Source: Melioribacteraceae bacterium (GTDB lineage: Bacteria; Bacteroidota; Ignavibacteria; Ignavibacteriales; Melioribacteraceae). From it: a DNA stretch of 64,000 nt. The stretch lies in contig JAXHMN010000012.1 of assembly GCA_034521465.1 (NCBI GenBank), forward strand, positions 24,359 through 88,358, written 5' to 3'. The stretch's first letter is position 1; each line of letters begins with the position of its first letter. A program made the translations under genes and the position numbers. Of the stretch, positions 40,525 through 50,239 are shown piece after piece. Under the pieces are notes generated by a model that did no database searches, was not told the origin of the DNA, and saw nothing but the letters and a program-made list of their open reading frames with translations.

Positions 40525-41649
40525 ATGAAAAAACTAATTACAGTTTTATTGGGGCACATTTTTGTTTTAAGCGCTGTGTTTGGTCAATCGCTGACATACA
40601 AACCGGGCGGCGGTGTTAAGCTAAGCAGCGAAGAGGAGAAGTGGAGTTTCCGGACTCTCGGTTATGTTCAAAGCACTTTCACGTATCATAATCAAAAAGA
40701 GAACGGTTCTGTTGATAACTCTTTCTTTGTAAGAAGAGCGAGACTCGATTTTATTTTCGATTACCTCGATAAATATCAACTCTTTATTGAAATTGACGGA
40801 CGTGGCGGAAGAACTGAATTAGTTCTTGCTCAGGTTGATATAGAGTATATAGACAACCATAAAATTGAAGTTGGTAAATTCATTACTCCATTTTCACCGG
40901 AAAATTTAAGATCATCTCGCGCGCTTTCAACCGTAGAACGATACTCCGGGTTAAACTCAATATTTTTACTTCCGGGTTTGGACACTCAATACGGCATAAT
41001 GTTTTTAGGCAGCTTTGATAAACTTAATTACTATCTGAGCATAACAAACGGAAACGGGAAAGCATCCGATAATCTCAAAGAAAATAATAATGCAAAAGAT
41101 CTCCAAGTAAGATTGGAATATAATTTAACGGAAGATTTTAAGTTCGGCGGCAGTTTCAATTTAGCCGATGAACTTACACAAGAAATTAAATTAGTCGATC
41201 ATACATTCGAAAGTTTTAACACTGCCAAGATCAACGGGCGTAGGAACGGTTACTTAGGGTATGCCGAATTTGAAAACAATAGTATTCTATTAAGAGGAGA
41301 AGTATTTCTATTCCGGTTTAATAATGATTTGTCAACAGATCAGCAAATCGAAAGTTTTATCGGTGGTTACGGTGAGATCGGATATTTTATTTCAGGCAAC
41401 TATTCACATGGTTTGCAATTAATCGGCAGATATGAAACAGCGCGTTATGATAATGTACATCAATCACTTAACGGGCCGACAGTTGTGAATTCATTTATCT
41501 TCGGTCCCAATATTTATCTCGATGGAATATTCCGTCTCCAAATAAATTTGATTTACGAAAAAGCCGATTCACCTTCATTAATTCCTGGCAGATTTGAAGG
41601 TAAGGATGATGATCTCCAATTATTAACAATGTTGCAGATAAAATTTTAA
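40525..41649 (+). CDS. Outer-membrane porin (phosphate-selective porin O/P-like)
   Basis: Signal peptide, 'FFVRRARLDF' motif, alternating beta-strand pattern, C-terminal 'LLTMLQIKF'. Confidence 0.6.
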   Translation: MKKLITVLLGHIFVLSAVFGQSLTYKPGGGVKLSSEEEKWSFRTLGYVQSTFTYHNQKENGSVDNSFFVRRARLDFIFDYLDKYQLFIEIDGRGGRTELVLAQVDIEYIDNHKIEVGKFITPFSPENLRSSRALSTVERYSGLNSIFLLPGLDTQYGIMFLGSFDKLNYYLSITNGNGKASDNLKENNNAKDLQVRLEYNLTEDFKFGGSFNLADELTQEIKLVDHTFESFNTAKINGRRNGYLGYAEFENNSILLRGEVFLFRFNNDLSTDQQIESFIGGYGEIGYFISGNYSHGLQLIGRYETARYDNVHQSLNGPTVVNSFIFGPNIYLDGIFRLQINLIYEKADSPSLIPGRFEGKDDDLQLLTMLQIKF

Positions 41650-41658
41650 GAGGGGAAT

Positions 41659-43001
41659 ATGGAAAGCGTACTTTACTGGCAGTGGGGAATTTTGATTGTT
41701 GCTACCTTGTTCCTCTATTATATTTCTCCGAAAGCCGTAACCAACGAAGGTTTCTTTGCCGGTGTTGGTGTTGGAGATACTAAACCCAATTATTTTACAC
41801 TGACTTTTAGTTTAATCATTTCTTGGATTTTTGCTAAGTCGATAACCAATGCAGCAAACTTGGGTTTAAGTTTCGGGATTGTCGGCGGAACTGCATATGC
41901 CGTTTATTATCTATCTTTTATTGTTGCCGGGATAATAATTTACAAACTAAGAACTCAAGGAAAGTTTGAAAGCATTCATCATTTTTTAAATACAAAATTC
42001 GGGAAATCGGCGCTTGTAATTTTTTCTCTTTTAATCGGTATTAGACTGCTCAACGAGATCTGGTCAAATTCGATGGTCATAGGAACTTACTTCGGTGAAC
42101 AAGGATCGGCAGGATATATACTTTCTATTATAGTTTTTACGGGACTGACTTTAGCATATACTTTGAAAGGCGGTTTGAGCAGTTCTTTATTTTCGGATAT
42201 TATTCAAATGGGATTGTTTGCAATTCTTTTAATTGTTGTGTTAACGCTTGTCTTCGGCAAAGAAGGTTCGATCACTCCTTTTGTGCAGTCGGGTGAATGG
42301 AGCTTTGCCGGTGGACTTGATTTGTTCTTTGTAGCTTTGATTCAAATATTTAGTTATCCTTTTCACGATCCGGTTATGACAGACCGTGGATTTATATCTG
42401 GTGAAAAGACAACTTTAAAAAGTTTTCTAACTGCAGGAGTATTCGGATTTGTCTTTATACTTCTCTTCAGTCTAATAGGAATTTACGGAAAACTTATCGG
42501 CGTTGAAGGGCAAGCAGCAGTTGAAGTTGCAAAAACCCTCGGCGTTGTAAGTATGATTATTATGAATTTTATAATGATTACTTCTGCATCATCAACTATT
42601 GATTCAACTTTTTCATCAATTTCAAAATTGATAGTAGTTGATCTCGGGAATAAGCAGACCGTATCTGTTAGAAAAGGTAGAATTGCGATGATACTCACGG
42701 CAATTGGCGGCACTATCCCGATTTTCTTCTCGCCAACGATTTTATCCGCTACAACAATCAGCGGAACAATGGTACTGGGTTTAGCGCCCGTATTTGTTTT
42801 TTGGAAAGTTCCCGCACCTAAGTTATCTTTTTATCTTGCTGTGGCAGTAGGATTAATTGCCGGCTTAGCAGTTGTGTTTGGCTGGATGCCAGAATCTTTT
42901 TATCTAACGGCAGGAAATATGCCGGGTTGTTGACGGTTAACTTTTATGCATCAATTTTAATTCTTGTTGCATATTTTCTTCCCATTGTATTTAAAAAATA
43001 A
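41659..43001 (+). CDS. Sodium:solute symporter (SSS) family transporter; apparent frameshift near 42905-42930
   Basis: ~12 TM helices. The last helix 'YAGLLTVNFYASILILVAYFLPIVFKK' is readable only in the adjacent frame after the ORF's stop at 42933. Confidence 0.65.
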
Positions 43002-43016
43002 AAACTAAAAATTGAT

Positions 43017-43910
43017 ATGAACATAACTCATCCCAAACTAAAAATAGATTCACTCGACAATTTGTGGTTTCAAGTAAGCGGTACAATATGCAATATCGCT
43101 TGCAAACACTGCTTTAATAATTCGAGTCCGACTAACAGAAATTTCGGATTTCTCACACTTGCAGAATGCGAAAGCTATTTAGAAGAATCAGTTGAATTGG
43201 GAGTAAAAGAATATTACTTCACCGGTGGCGAGCCATTTGCGAACAAAGAAATGATTCAAATTATTGAGAAAACTTTGGAATACGGACCCGTAACCGTATT
43301 GACAAACGGAATGCTAATCAACGAAGAGAAAGCAAAACGTTTGGCGAAGATAGAAAGTAAAACGATCTTCTCATTAGAAATGCGCGTAAGTCTCGACGGT
43401 TTCACAGAAGAAATGAACGATGAAATTCGAGGAAAAGGTGTTTTCAAAAAGACGATGATCGGTGTGGAAAATCTTTATCGTCACGGATTTTTACCGATTA
43501 TAACAGTAACTAAAACTTGGAATGATTCCGAAGACGAAAAAGTAATGAACGGCTTTCGCGATCTGCTTATTTCCCACGGTTATCTTCGTCCACGAATTAA
43601 AATTCTGCCATCATTAAAAATCGGAAAAGAAGCAGTTCGGACAAAAGGTTATGATAAGTATGAATACATAACCGAGGAAATGATGAATGGTTTCGATGAA
43701 GATCAGTTGCTCTGCTCAAACAGCCGTTTGGTCACGAGCAAAGGTGTTTATGTCTGCCCAATATTAATTGAATCGGACGATGCAAAAGTTGGTGATGATC
43801 TTCCGGGTTCGATGAAACCTTACGAGCTAAAACATCAAGCATGTTACACTTGCTATCTTTACGGCGCTATCTGTTCTAACTTTTCAACAAGCGCAAGGGA
43901 GGAATTATGA
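43017..43910 (+). CDS. Radical SAM enzyme with a C-terminal Cys-rich (SPASM/twitch-like) region
   Basis: CxxxCxxC in 'GTICNIACKHCFN', 'YFTGGEPF', 'RGKGVFKKT'. C-terminal 'CSNSRLVTSKGVYVCP...HQACYTCYLYGAICSN'. Confidence 0.8.
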   Translation: MNITHPKLKIDSLDNLWFQVSGTICNIACKHCFNNSSPTNRNFGFLTLAECESYLEESVELGVKEYYFTGGEPFANKEMIQIIEKTLEYGPVTVLTNGMLINEEKAKRLAKIESKTIFSLEMRVSLDGFTEEMNDEIRGKGVFKKTMIGVENLYRHGFLPIITVTKTWNDSEDEKVMNGFRDLLISHGYLRPRIKILPSLKIGKEAVRTKGYDKYEYITEEMMNGFDEDQLLCSNSRLVTSKGVYVCPILIESDDAKVGDDLPGSMKPYELKHQACYTCYLYGAICSNFSTSAREEL

Positions 43911-44694
43911 GTGTAAAACTTGCATTGATCGGTGGAGTTTATAATAATTATATCGCACTTGATGAAGCAGTAAAAGATGCGAAGAAAAAAGGAGTCGATG
44001 AAATATTTTGTCTCGGCGATCTCGGCGCATTCGGTCCGCATCCCGATAGAGTTTTTCCGATTCTTCATGAAAATAATGTTAAAGTTATTCAAGGTAATTA
44101 TGATCATTCGGTCGGCAACGGATTTGGATGATTGCCAATGCGGTTATACCGATCCGCGCGATAACTACTATGCTAAACTCAGCTATGATTATACGTTTCA
44201 GAAATACTTCCGATGAACAAAATAAAATGTGGTTAAAAGAACTTCCGAAGGAAATTAGATTTGAAATTGATGATAAAAAAATTCTTCTGTGTCACGGTTC
44301 TCCGAGAAGAACAAACGAATTTTTATGGGAATCAACAACTTCAAATCACTTTCTTAATAAAATGTTTAATGAATATGATGCGGATATAATTATCGGCACT
44401 CACACCGGCATTCATTGGGACAGACAGATTGAAGATAAACTTTTTGCAAATGTCGGAGTAATCGGCAGACCAGAAAATAACGGCGAAACTTATGTCGGTT
44501 ATTCAATTCTCGAGCTAGAAAAAAATAATGCCAAGATAGAATATATCCCATTTGAATATGATCATACCCGGCTTGGAAAGGAAATGAAAAAAGAAAAAAT
44601 TCCCGAACCTTTTATCGAAACAATACTAACCGGTTGGTGGACGACGTGCTTGGAAGTACTTCCCGCAAAGGAAAGAATTCGTGGAAAGTTTTAG
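43907..44694 (+). CDS. Metallophosphoesterase (YfcE/Metallophos_2-like); two apparent frameshifts (about 44115-44130 and about 44195-44205)
   Basis: 'LALIGGVYNNY...IFCLGDLGAFGP...VIQGNYDH', then 'LDDCQCGYTDPRDNYYAKLSYDYTF' in a second frame, then 'LLCHGSPRR...IIGTHTGIHW' in a third. Overlaps the radical SAM stop by 4 nt. Confidence 0.8.
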
Positions 44695-44734
44695 TATTAT
44701 AGATTTCTGTTTTCCCAAATATAGAGCGTAAAAG

Positions 44735-45430
44735 ATGCTTCAAGAAAAAAGAATAGTTGTAATAATTCCGGCGGTAAATGAAGAAGAATCAATCACGAAT
44801 GTGCTACAAGACATTCCCGGCTTTGTAGATGAAATTATTGTTGTTGATAACGGATCGAGTGACAACACCGCAAAAATCGCAAGTGAAAACGGAGCAACGG
44901 TTTTAACGGAAAATGAAAGGGGATACGGCGCTGCTTGTTTGAAAGGAATTGAACTTATAAAAAGTAAAAATTATGATATTGTCGTTTTTCTAGACGGCGA
45001 TTACAGCGATCATCCCGAAGAAATGAATTTGATTATGAAGCCAATTATAAACGACGATTATGATATGGTAATCGGTTCCCGGATGATCGGTCACAGACAA
45101 AAAGGTGCAATGCTTCCGCAGGCATTGTTCGGCAATTGGCTTGCTGCGTTTTTAATCAAATTATTTTGGAAGTATAAGTTCACCGATCTCGGTCCTTTTA
45201 GAGCAATTAAATATGATTCATTAATGAAATTGAATATGGCAGACCGCAATTTTGGCTGGACTGTTGAAATGCAGATAAAAGCGGCAAAACAAAAATTGAA
45301 ATGCACTGAAGTTCCGGTAAGCTATAGAAAAAGAATCGGCACCTCAAAAGTTACCGGCACGTTCTCCGGTACAATAAAAGCTTCCTACAAAATTCTTTAC
45401 CTAATTTTTGTAAGTCTTCTCAAACATTAA
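44735..45430 (+). CDS. GT2 glycosyltransferase (polyprenol-phosphate sugar synthase-like)
   Basis: 'VVIIPAVNEEESI...IIVVDNGSSDNT...VVFLDGDYSDHPEE...VIGSR'. Confidence 0.85.
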   Translation: MLQEKRIVVIIPAVNEEESITNVLQDIPGFVDEIIVVDNGSSDNTAKIASENGATVLTENERGYGAACLKGIELIKSKNYDIVVFLDGDYSDHPEEMNLIMKPIINDDYDMVIGSRMIGHRQKGAMLPQALFGNWLAAFLIKLFWKYKFTDLGPFRAIKYDSLMKLNMADRNFGWTVEMQIKAAKQKLKCTEVPVSYRKRIGTSKVTGTFSGTIKASYKILYLIFVSLLKH

Positions 45431-45466
45431 TTTATTCCTTCAAAAAAGCATCAGCCAGCCACAATT

Positions 45467-45509
45467 GTCAAAATGTTGACAGTTAGGAAACTATCTGAGC
45501 TATATCTTT
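45467..45509 (+). promoter_or_regulatory. Palindromic operator TGTCAAAATGTTGACA plus -10-like TATCTT (site P3)
   Basis: Palindrome 45467-45482, then 21 nt, then TATCTT 45504-45509. Downstream ATG at 45539. Confidence 0.7.
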
Positions 45510-45538
45510 TGTTCTAAAAGTAAAAGGGTATATCAACG

Positions 45539-46459
45539 ATGAAAAAAATAATAACTTTAACTGCATTAGTAATTATAATTTTTAGTGCCGGGTTTATGTT
45601 CTTGACCAAAAACACAGAAGTCAACAAAGAACAAATCGCAATTGAGTACAATTTTTCTAAAGAGTTCAAAAATTATTGGCTGGCGGGAAAAGCCGAACTT
45701 TCATCTTACGAATTATCAAAAGCACGGTACGGTGAAATTCATTCCGGTGAAGCAGTTTTGGTTTTTGTTGTCGAACCTTTCTTGCCAATAGAGCAAGTGA
45801 AGAGTGACGGATTCCCTTCGGATGAAAAATCTGAAAGAGTTATGAAACTTATAAACTCGCAGCATTTTTATACCGGAATTTATCCTTATTCGATAATGAC
45901 TTCATCCTTTTACCCACTTAACAAAAATAGAAACGGCGTTTTGAAAATCAGTATGTCGAGCCAAGATTGGTGCGGTCAAGTATATTCGCAGATCAATGAC
46001 CGGGATGATTACTTCGAAGTTCGGAGATATTCTTACTTCCAGAATGAGGGTGATGAAAAATTAAATTTAGAAAAAGGACTGACCGAAGAGGAACTTTTTA
46101 CCAAAGCAAGGTTGGAACCCAAAAATTTACCGGTTGGAAAATTATCGCTTTATCCCTCAGTAGAATATTTCAGATTGACGCACACTGAAATAGATATGTA
46201 TTCGGCAGAAGCTTCTTTAATCAAAAATGAAGAGGAATCTCTCTACAAAATTGAATACAAGAATATTGACCGTGAACTTATAATACGATTTGCAAATGAT
46301 TTTCCGCATTATATTCTAGGGTGGGAAGAAACCTATTCCGATTTTTCCGGCAAGCGGTTAACTTCGACCGCGCAATTAAAGAAAAGTATTCAATTAGATT
46401 ACTGGCAATTTAATTCAGCAAAGGATTCAACTTACAGGCAATTACTAGCATTAAAATAA
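45539..46459 (+). CDS. Exported/anchored hypothetical protein
   Basis: 306 aa with an N-terminal hydrophobic segment. No family recognised. Directly behind operator P3. Confidence 0.45.
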   Translation: MKKIITLTALVIIIFSAGFMFLTKNTEVNKEQIAIEYNFSKEFKNYWLAGKAELSSYELSKARYGEIHSGEAVLVFVVEPFLPIEQVKSDGFPSDEKSERVMKLINSQHFYTGIYPYSIMTSSFYPLNKNRNGVLKISMSSQDWCGQVYSQINDRDDYFEVRRYSYFQNEGDEKLNLEKGLTEEELFTKARLEPKNLPVGKLSLYPSVEYFRLTHTEIDMYSAEASLIKNEEESLYKIEYKNIDRELIIRFANDFPHYILGWEETYSDFSGKRLTSTAQLKKSIQLDYWQFNSAKDSTYRQLLALK

Positions 46460-46461
46460 TA

Positions 46462-47796
46462 TCATTTTTCATCAAAGCCCTCTGAGATTCTCGGGATTGC
46501 AATAAATGAATTCCGGGAATCTTTTTTATTTAGAATGAACCAAAATTCATAGAGCAGCAAAATTATGACAGGAATATACTCGATCAATAAAATAATAGTA
46601 TTTTCATCCCAAACATTTTCCAACTGATAAATCATTACCGTATAAAATGTAATCGAGATAAGTGAGATATAGCTTATTCCACTTAATTTAGGATTAACAA
46701 CCAATAGAACAATGAGCCATGCAGCATACCAAGGATGAACGACAGGTGAGCAAAGAAGAAAAAACATCAATGAATAGAAAAGTGACGAGAAAACATCTTT
46801 ATTGTATCGAAGCAGCACTAGGTAAATGAGTATAAACAGAATAAGCAGGATAAACCGAATAACAAATGTGTCATTCAAAAAGACTGTTAACAAATTGAAC
46901 GCAGCGCCATTAAAACTCCAATGCCGTGAATAATTTATTAATGTCTCAAATGGATTTGCGGTAAACGAAAAAGGTATAAAACTTACAGCCAGTAAAATAA
47001 TTGGAATAACAAGCCATTTTAATTTGTCTTTCATTTCCTTTTCGTAAAAAAAGAAAATTGGAATTGCGATCATAAACGTCGGCTTAACTATTAACGAAGC
47101 GCCGAGAAATAAAGCGGCAAATATTTTTTGCTCTTTAAAAAAGTAAATTGAATAGAGGAATAAAGCCATACCAAGTATATCAATGTGAGCATCAATGAAG
47201 AATTGATAAAAAACCAAAGGACTCAAAACATAAAGCAAAACATATTTATTATTGATTTGATTTTTTTTAAGAAGCAAAAAGAAACCGAAGGTCAATAAAA
47301 TATCCGATAAAATCATTATGACTTTCAAACCCCAAATACTCTCACCGCCAATTAAATAAACAAATGCAAATACAGCTTGCGAAAGTGGAAAATAAATTGT
47401 TTTTATATCAGGGTAAGTAACTTCTTTAGGAAGTAATTCGGAATGTAAGTGACTTAACGATTCGGAGTTGGGTGGAAACTGAAAGGGATTAATACCGTTG
47501 ACTAAAACTTTACCATCCCATAAATATCTGTAATAATCATCAGACCCAACCGGTAATATCTCCATCGAAAATATCTTAAAGAGAAAAAAAAATGTCGTGA
47601 TCCAAAAGATATATTTTAATTCAACTTCTACTTTGTAAAGGATTAATGCGCACACGAGATAAAGTATTGAAGCAGATGAAATAGTAAAAAAGTAACTCTC
47701 GATACTCCGGTCGATGAAAACGAACCATGCATAATTGAGAATTATTATTGCGGCAAAAATGAATAGCAGATATTTTTTATTTAACAGCAATTTCAT
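46462..47796 (-). CDS. Polytopic GT-C-type glycosyltransferase-like membrane protein (DUF2029/MptB-like)
   Basis: ~12 TM helices. The first loop 'PVGSDDYYRYLWDGKVLVNGINPFQFPP' resembles the S-x-D-x3-Y...G-x-NPY loop of polyprenol-phosphate-dependent mannosyltransferases. Confidence 0.55.
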   Translation of the reverse strand: MKLLLNKKYLLFIFAAIIILNYAWFVFIDRSIESYFFTISSASILYLVCALILYKVEVELKYIFWITTFFFLFKIFSMEILPVGSDDYYRYLWDGKVLVNGINPFQFPPNSESLSHLHSELLPKEVTYPDIKTIYFPLSQAVFAFVYLIGGESIWGLKVIMILSDILLTFGFFLLLKKNQINNKYVLLYVLSPLVFYQFFIDAHIDILGMALFLYSIYFFKEQKIFAALFLGASLIVKPTFMIAIPIFFFYEKEMKDKLKWLVIPIILLAVSFIPFSFTANPFETLINYSRHWSFNGAAFNLLTVFLNDTFVIRFILLILFILIYLVLLRYNKDVFSSLFYSLMFFLLCSPVVHPWYAAWLIVLLVVNPKLSGISYISLISITFYTVMIYQLENVWDENTIILLIEYIPVIILLLYEFWFILNKKDSRNSFIAIPRISEGFDEK

Positions 47797-47807
47797 GTCT
47801 TACAGAT

Positions 47808-47850
47808 TGTCAATATATTGACAAAAGAACTTATTTATTAAAAGTAAATT
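47808..47850 (+). promoter_or_regulatory. Palindromic operator TGTCAATATATTGACA plus -10-like TAAATT (site P4)
   Basis: Palindrome 47808-47823, then 21 nt, then TAAATT 47845-47850. It faces the + strand gene at 48044. The minus-strand ATG (47796) is only 11 nt from the palindrome, so that gene is not served by it. Confidence 0.65.
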
Positions 47851-48043
47851 GTAAAACAAAGATAGAAGAAATTATATTGAAAAATCAGGATGATAAGATG
47901 AATGGTAATTCAAATACAACTTACCCTGCTTCTTTAGTTGAACCGGAGAATGAAAAGATTGTTTGGATGATAAACAGTGATGCGGCTGCTTTGTTGAATA
48001 CGAGTGCAAAAAAGTAATCTATTTATATAAAAAGGAAAAAATA

Positions 48044-49178
48044 ATGAATAAAATATTTCTGCTAGGTTTAATATTCTCAACATTAATATGGGGTCAAATG
48101 AAAAATCCCAAAAATATTCCTTTCAATTGGAAAACCGATACGACACAAACAATAATTGATCTATCTGAATTATCGGTTGTGCTACCGCGCGGAAGTTTTC
48201 AAGTTTTGAATTACCCTAAATTTATTGGCAAAGAAAAAGGATTAGGCGAATATTTCAAAAGAGAACCCGTAATGGCTGTAGAAATTGACGGCAATGCAAA
48301 AGCTTATCCGCTGAATGTTCTTTCGATTCACGAAATTGCTAATGATACGTTAGAGGGTAATCCTATACTTGCAACATTTTGCCCGCTATGTAATTCCGGA
48401 ATTGTTTTTGACAGACAGTTGAATCACAACGGGAAAGAGTATCTTCTTGATTTTGAAGTCTCAGGAATGCTGCGCAAAAGTGATATGGTGATGGCAGATA
48501 AACAAACAGAAACTTGGTGGCAGCAATTACTGGGAAAAGGAATTGTTGGTGAACTAGCCGGTGTTGAGTTGGACATAATCCCATCACTAATAATTTCGGT
48601 AAAAGAATTCTTTGATCGTTTTCCAGACGGGCAAATATTATCGAAAGAGTCGGGCAACCTTAAAGCACAGCAAGCTTACGGCAAAAATTATTACGAGAAT
48701 TACGACAGTGAGGATGGTAAACCTTACGGAAGATTTTTTGATGAAGATGATTTAGATTCCCGTCTGCCTCCGATGGAGCGAATTGTTGACATCAGAAGTC
48801 AAGGTGAATTTAAGGTTTATCCGTTTTCGGTCATTAAGGAGAAAGGGGTCATAAACGATGAGTTTAACGGAAAAAATGTTGTGTTGTTTTATCAATCCGG
48901 AGTTGTATCCGTTTTAGATAAGAAAGATATTTCAGAGTCAAAAGATATTGGCACTGCTACTGTTTTTAATTCTATGCTGGATGGAGAAGTCTTAACAGTT
49001 ACAAAACAGGTTGATGATCAAGTTTATTGATATTAATACAAATTCAAATTGGGATATAACCGGTAGATGTATTAGTGGTAAATTAAATGGCAAGCAACTT
49101 GAAATAGAACCTCACGGAAATCACTTTGCATTTGCTTGGCTGGCATTTAATCCAAATACAAAAATATATGGACAGTGA
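48044..49178 (+). CDS. DUF3179-domain protein (paralog 1); apparent frameshift near 49015-49025
   Basis: Signal peptide and 'YPLNVLSIHEIANDTLEGNPILATFCPLCNSGIVFDR'. The C-terminus 'INTNSNWDITGRCISGKLNGKQLEIEPHGNHFAFAWLAFNPNTKIYGQ' is readable in the next frame. Confidence 0.75.
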
Positions 49179-49332
49179 TTCAGTTTGGTATTGTAGTATA
49201 AACCAATTGTAAATTGCGTTAAGATACTGCGTCATAATTACACTTGAATATTGTAAAATAAATCTTACTTTCGGATTTACGGTAATTTTACAGACAGAGT
49301 AATTTTATAATAATATTTGCAAAGGAGTTGAG

Positions 49333-49797
49333 ATGAAGAAATACATTTTATTTACCGTGTTTATAATTGTTTTGCAGTTTAGCTTAATCGCTCAAACTAA
49401 AACTGAAAGTAAAGTAATTAAAAAAGAACAAACTTCGGAGGCGCTTACTATGCAAAACGAATCGGATCAGCTTGTAATTCTTTGGACATCCGGCGATCCT
49501 GATGTCGCAATTAAAATGGTCTTTATGTATGCAAAGGGTTCTATGAAAAATGATTGGTGGAAATCAATTAATCTTATTATTTGGGGACCATCATCCAAAT
49601 TAACAAGTGAGAACGAACAGATACAAAATGAAATTAAGGAAATGCAAAAATTAGGAATTGTTGTTGAAGCTTGTAAAGCTTGTGCAGATCAATACGGTGT
49701 GGCAGATAAGTTAGAAGATCTTGGAATAGATGTAAAATATATGGGCGAACCGCTAACCGATTTTATTAAATCTGATGCGAAGGTTGTTACTTTTTAA
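49333..49797 (+). CDS. DsrE/DsrF-like family protein with signal peptide
   Basis: 'LVILWTSGDPDVAIKMVFMYA...WGPSSKL...VVEACKACADQYGV' resembles the DsrE-like fold family. GGAG RBS. Confidence 0.6.
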   Translation: MKKYILFTVFIIVLQFSLIAQTKTESKVIKKEQTSEALTMQNESDQLVILWTSGDPDVAIKMVFMYAKGSMKNDWWKSINLIIWGPSSKLTSENEQIQNEIKEMQKLGIVVEACKACADQYGVADKLEDLGIDVKYMGEPLTDFIKSDAKVVTF

Positions 49798-50068
49798 TTG
49801 CATTAATTTAATGAGCCGACAAATTAGAATTTTGCAACTATTTCAGCATAGTTGAATAATCAATAGATTATATAACTAAGAGTTTTGAATATTACGTTGC
49901 AGAATTAAAAGAAACGCTAAAATAATCCGAAGAAATAACCGTCTTTTTCAAAGAATTACATCCCAATATCAATTACTTCCCACTGATATTAAATCTCTAA
50001 TTCAATACTGAATTTTTTCCGATAGAAATATTAGTTCCCAATTTCTACCCCTGTAATTACGATGCGAT

Positions 50069-50111
50069 TGTCAAAATGTTGACAGTTTCGCTGCCCGCCT
50101 CAATTTATCTT
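50069..50111 (+). promoter_or_regulatory. Palindromic operator TGTCAAAATGTTGACA plus -10-like TATCTT (site P5)
   Basis: Palindrome 50069-50084, then 21 nt, then TATCTT 50106-50111. Downstream ATG at 50240. Confidence 0.7.
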
Positions 50112-50239
50112 TACATTAAAATTGCGGAAGCAAACCTATTAAAGCATTCAAAACTTTGAAGAATGTTTTAAGAAGAAAGATGCCCCAAAACAATAGAGAC
50201 TGGAAATAATTTTTTCAATTTGATAGAAAGAAGCGAGTG

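Noticed and set aside
37571-45430. Calling the locus an arsenosugar (ArsS/ArsM) biosynthesis cluster outright.
   Set aside because: Only the two transferase families, DUF547 and a metallophosphoesterase fit. I could not recognise an ArsM-type methyltransferase in the window or a DUF3641-type C-terminus in the radical SAM protein. The specific pathway label would be over-interpretation.
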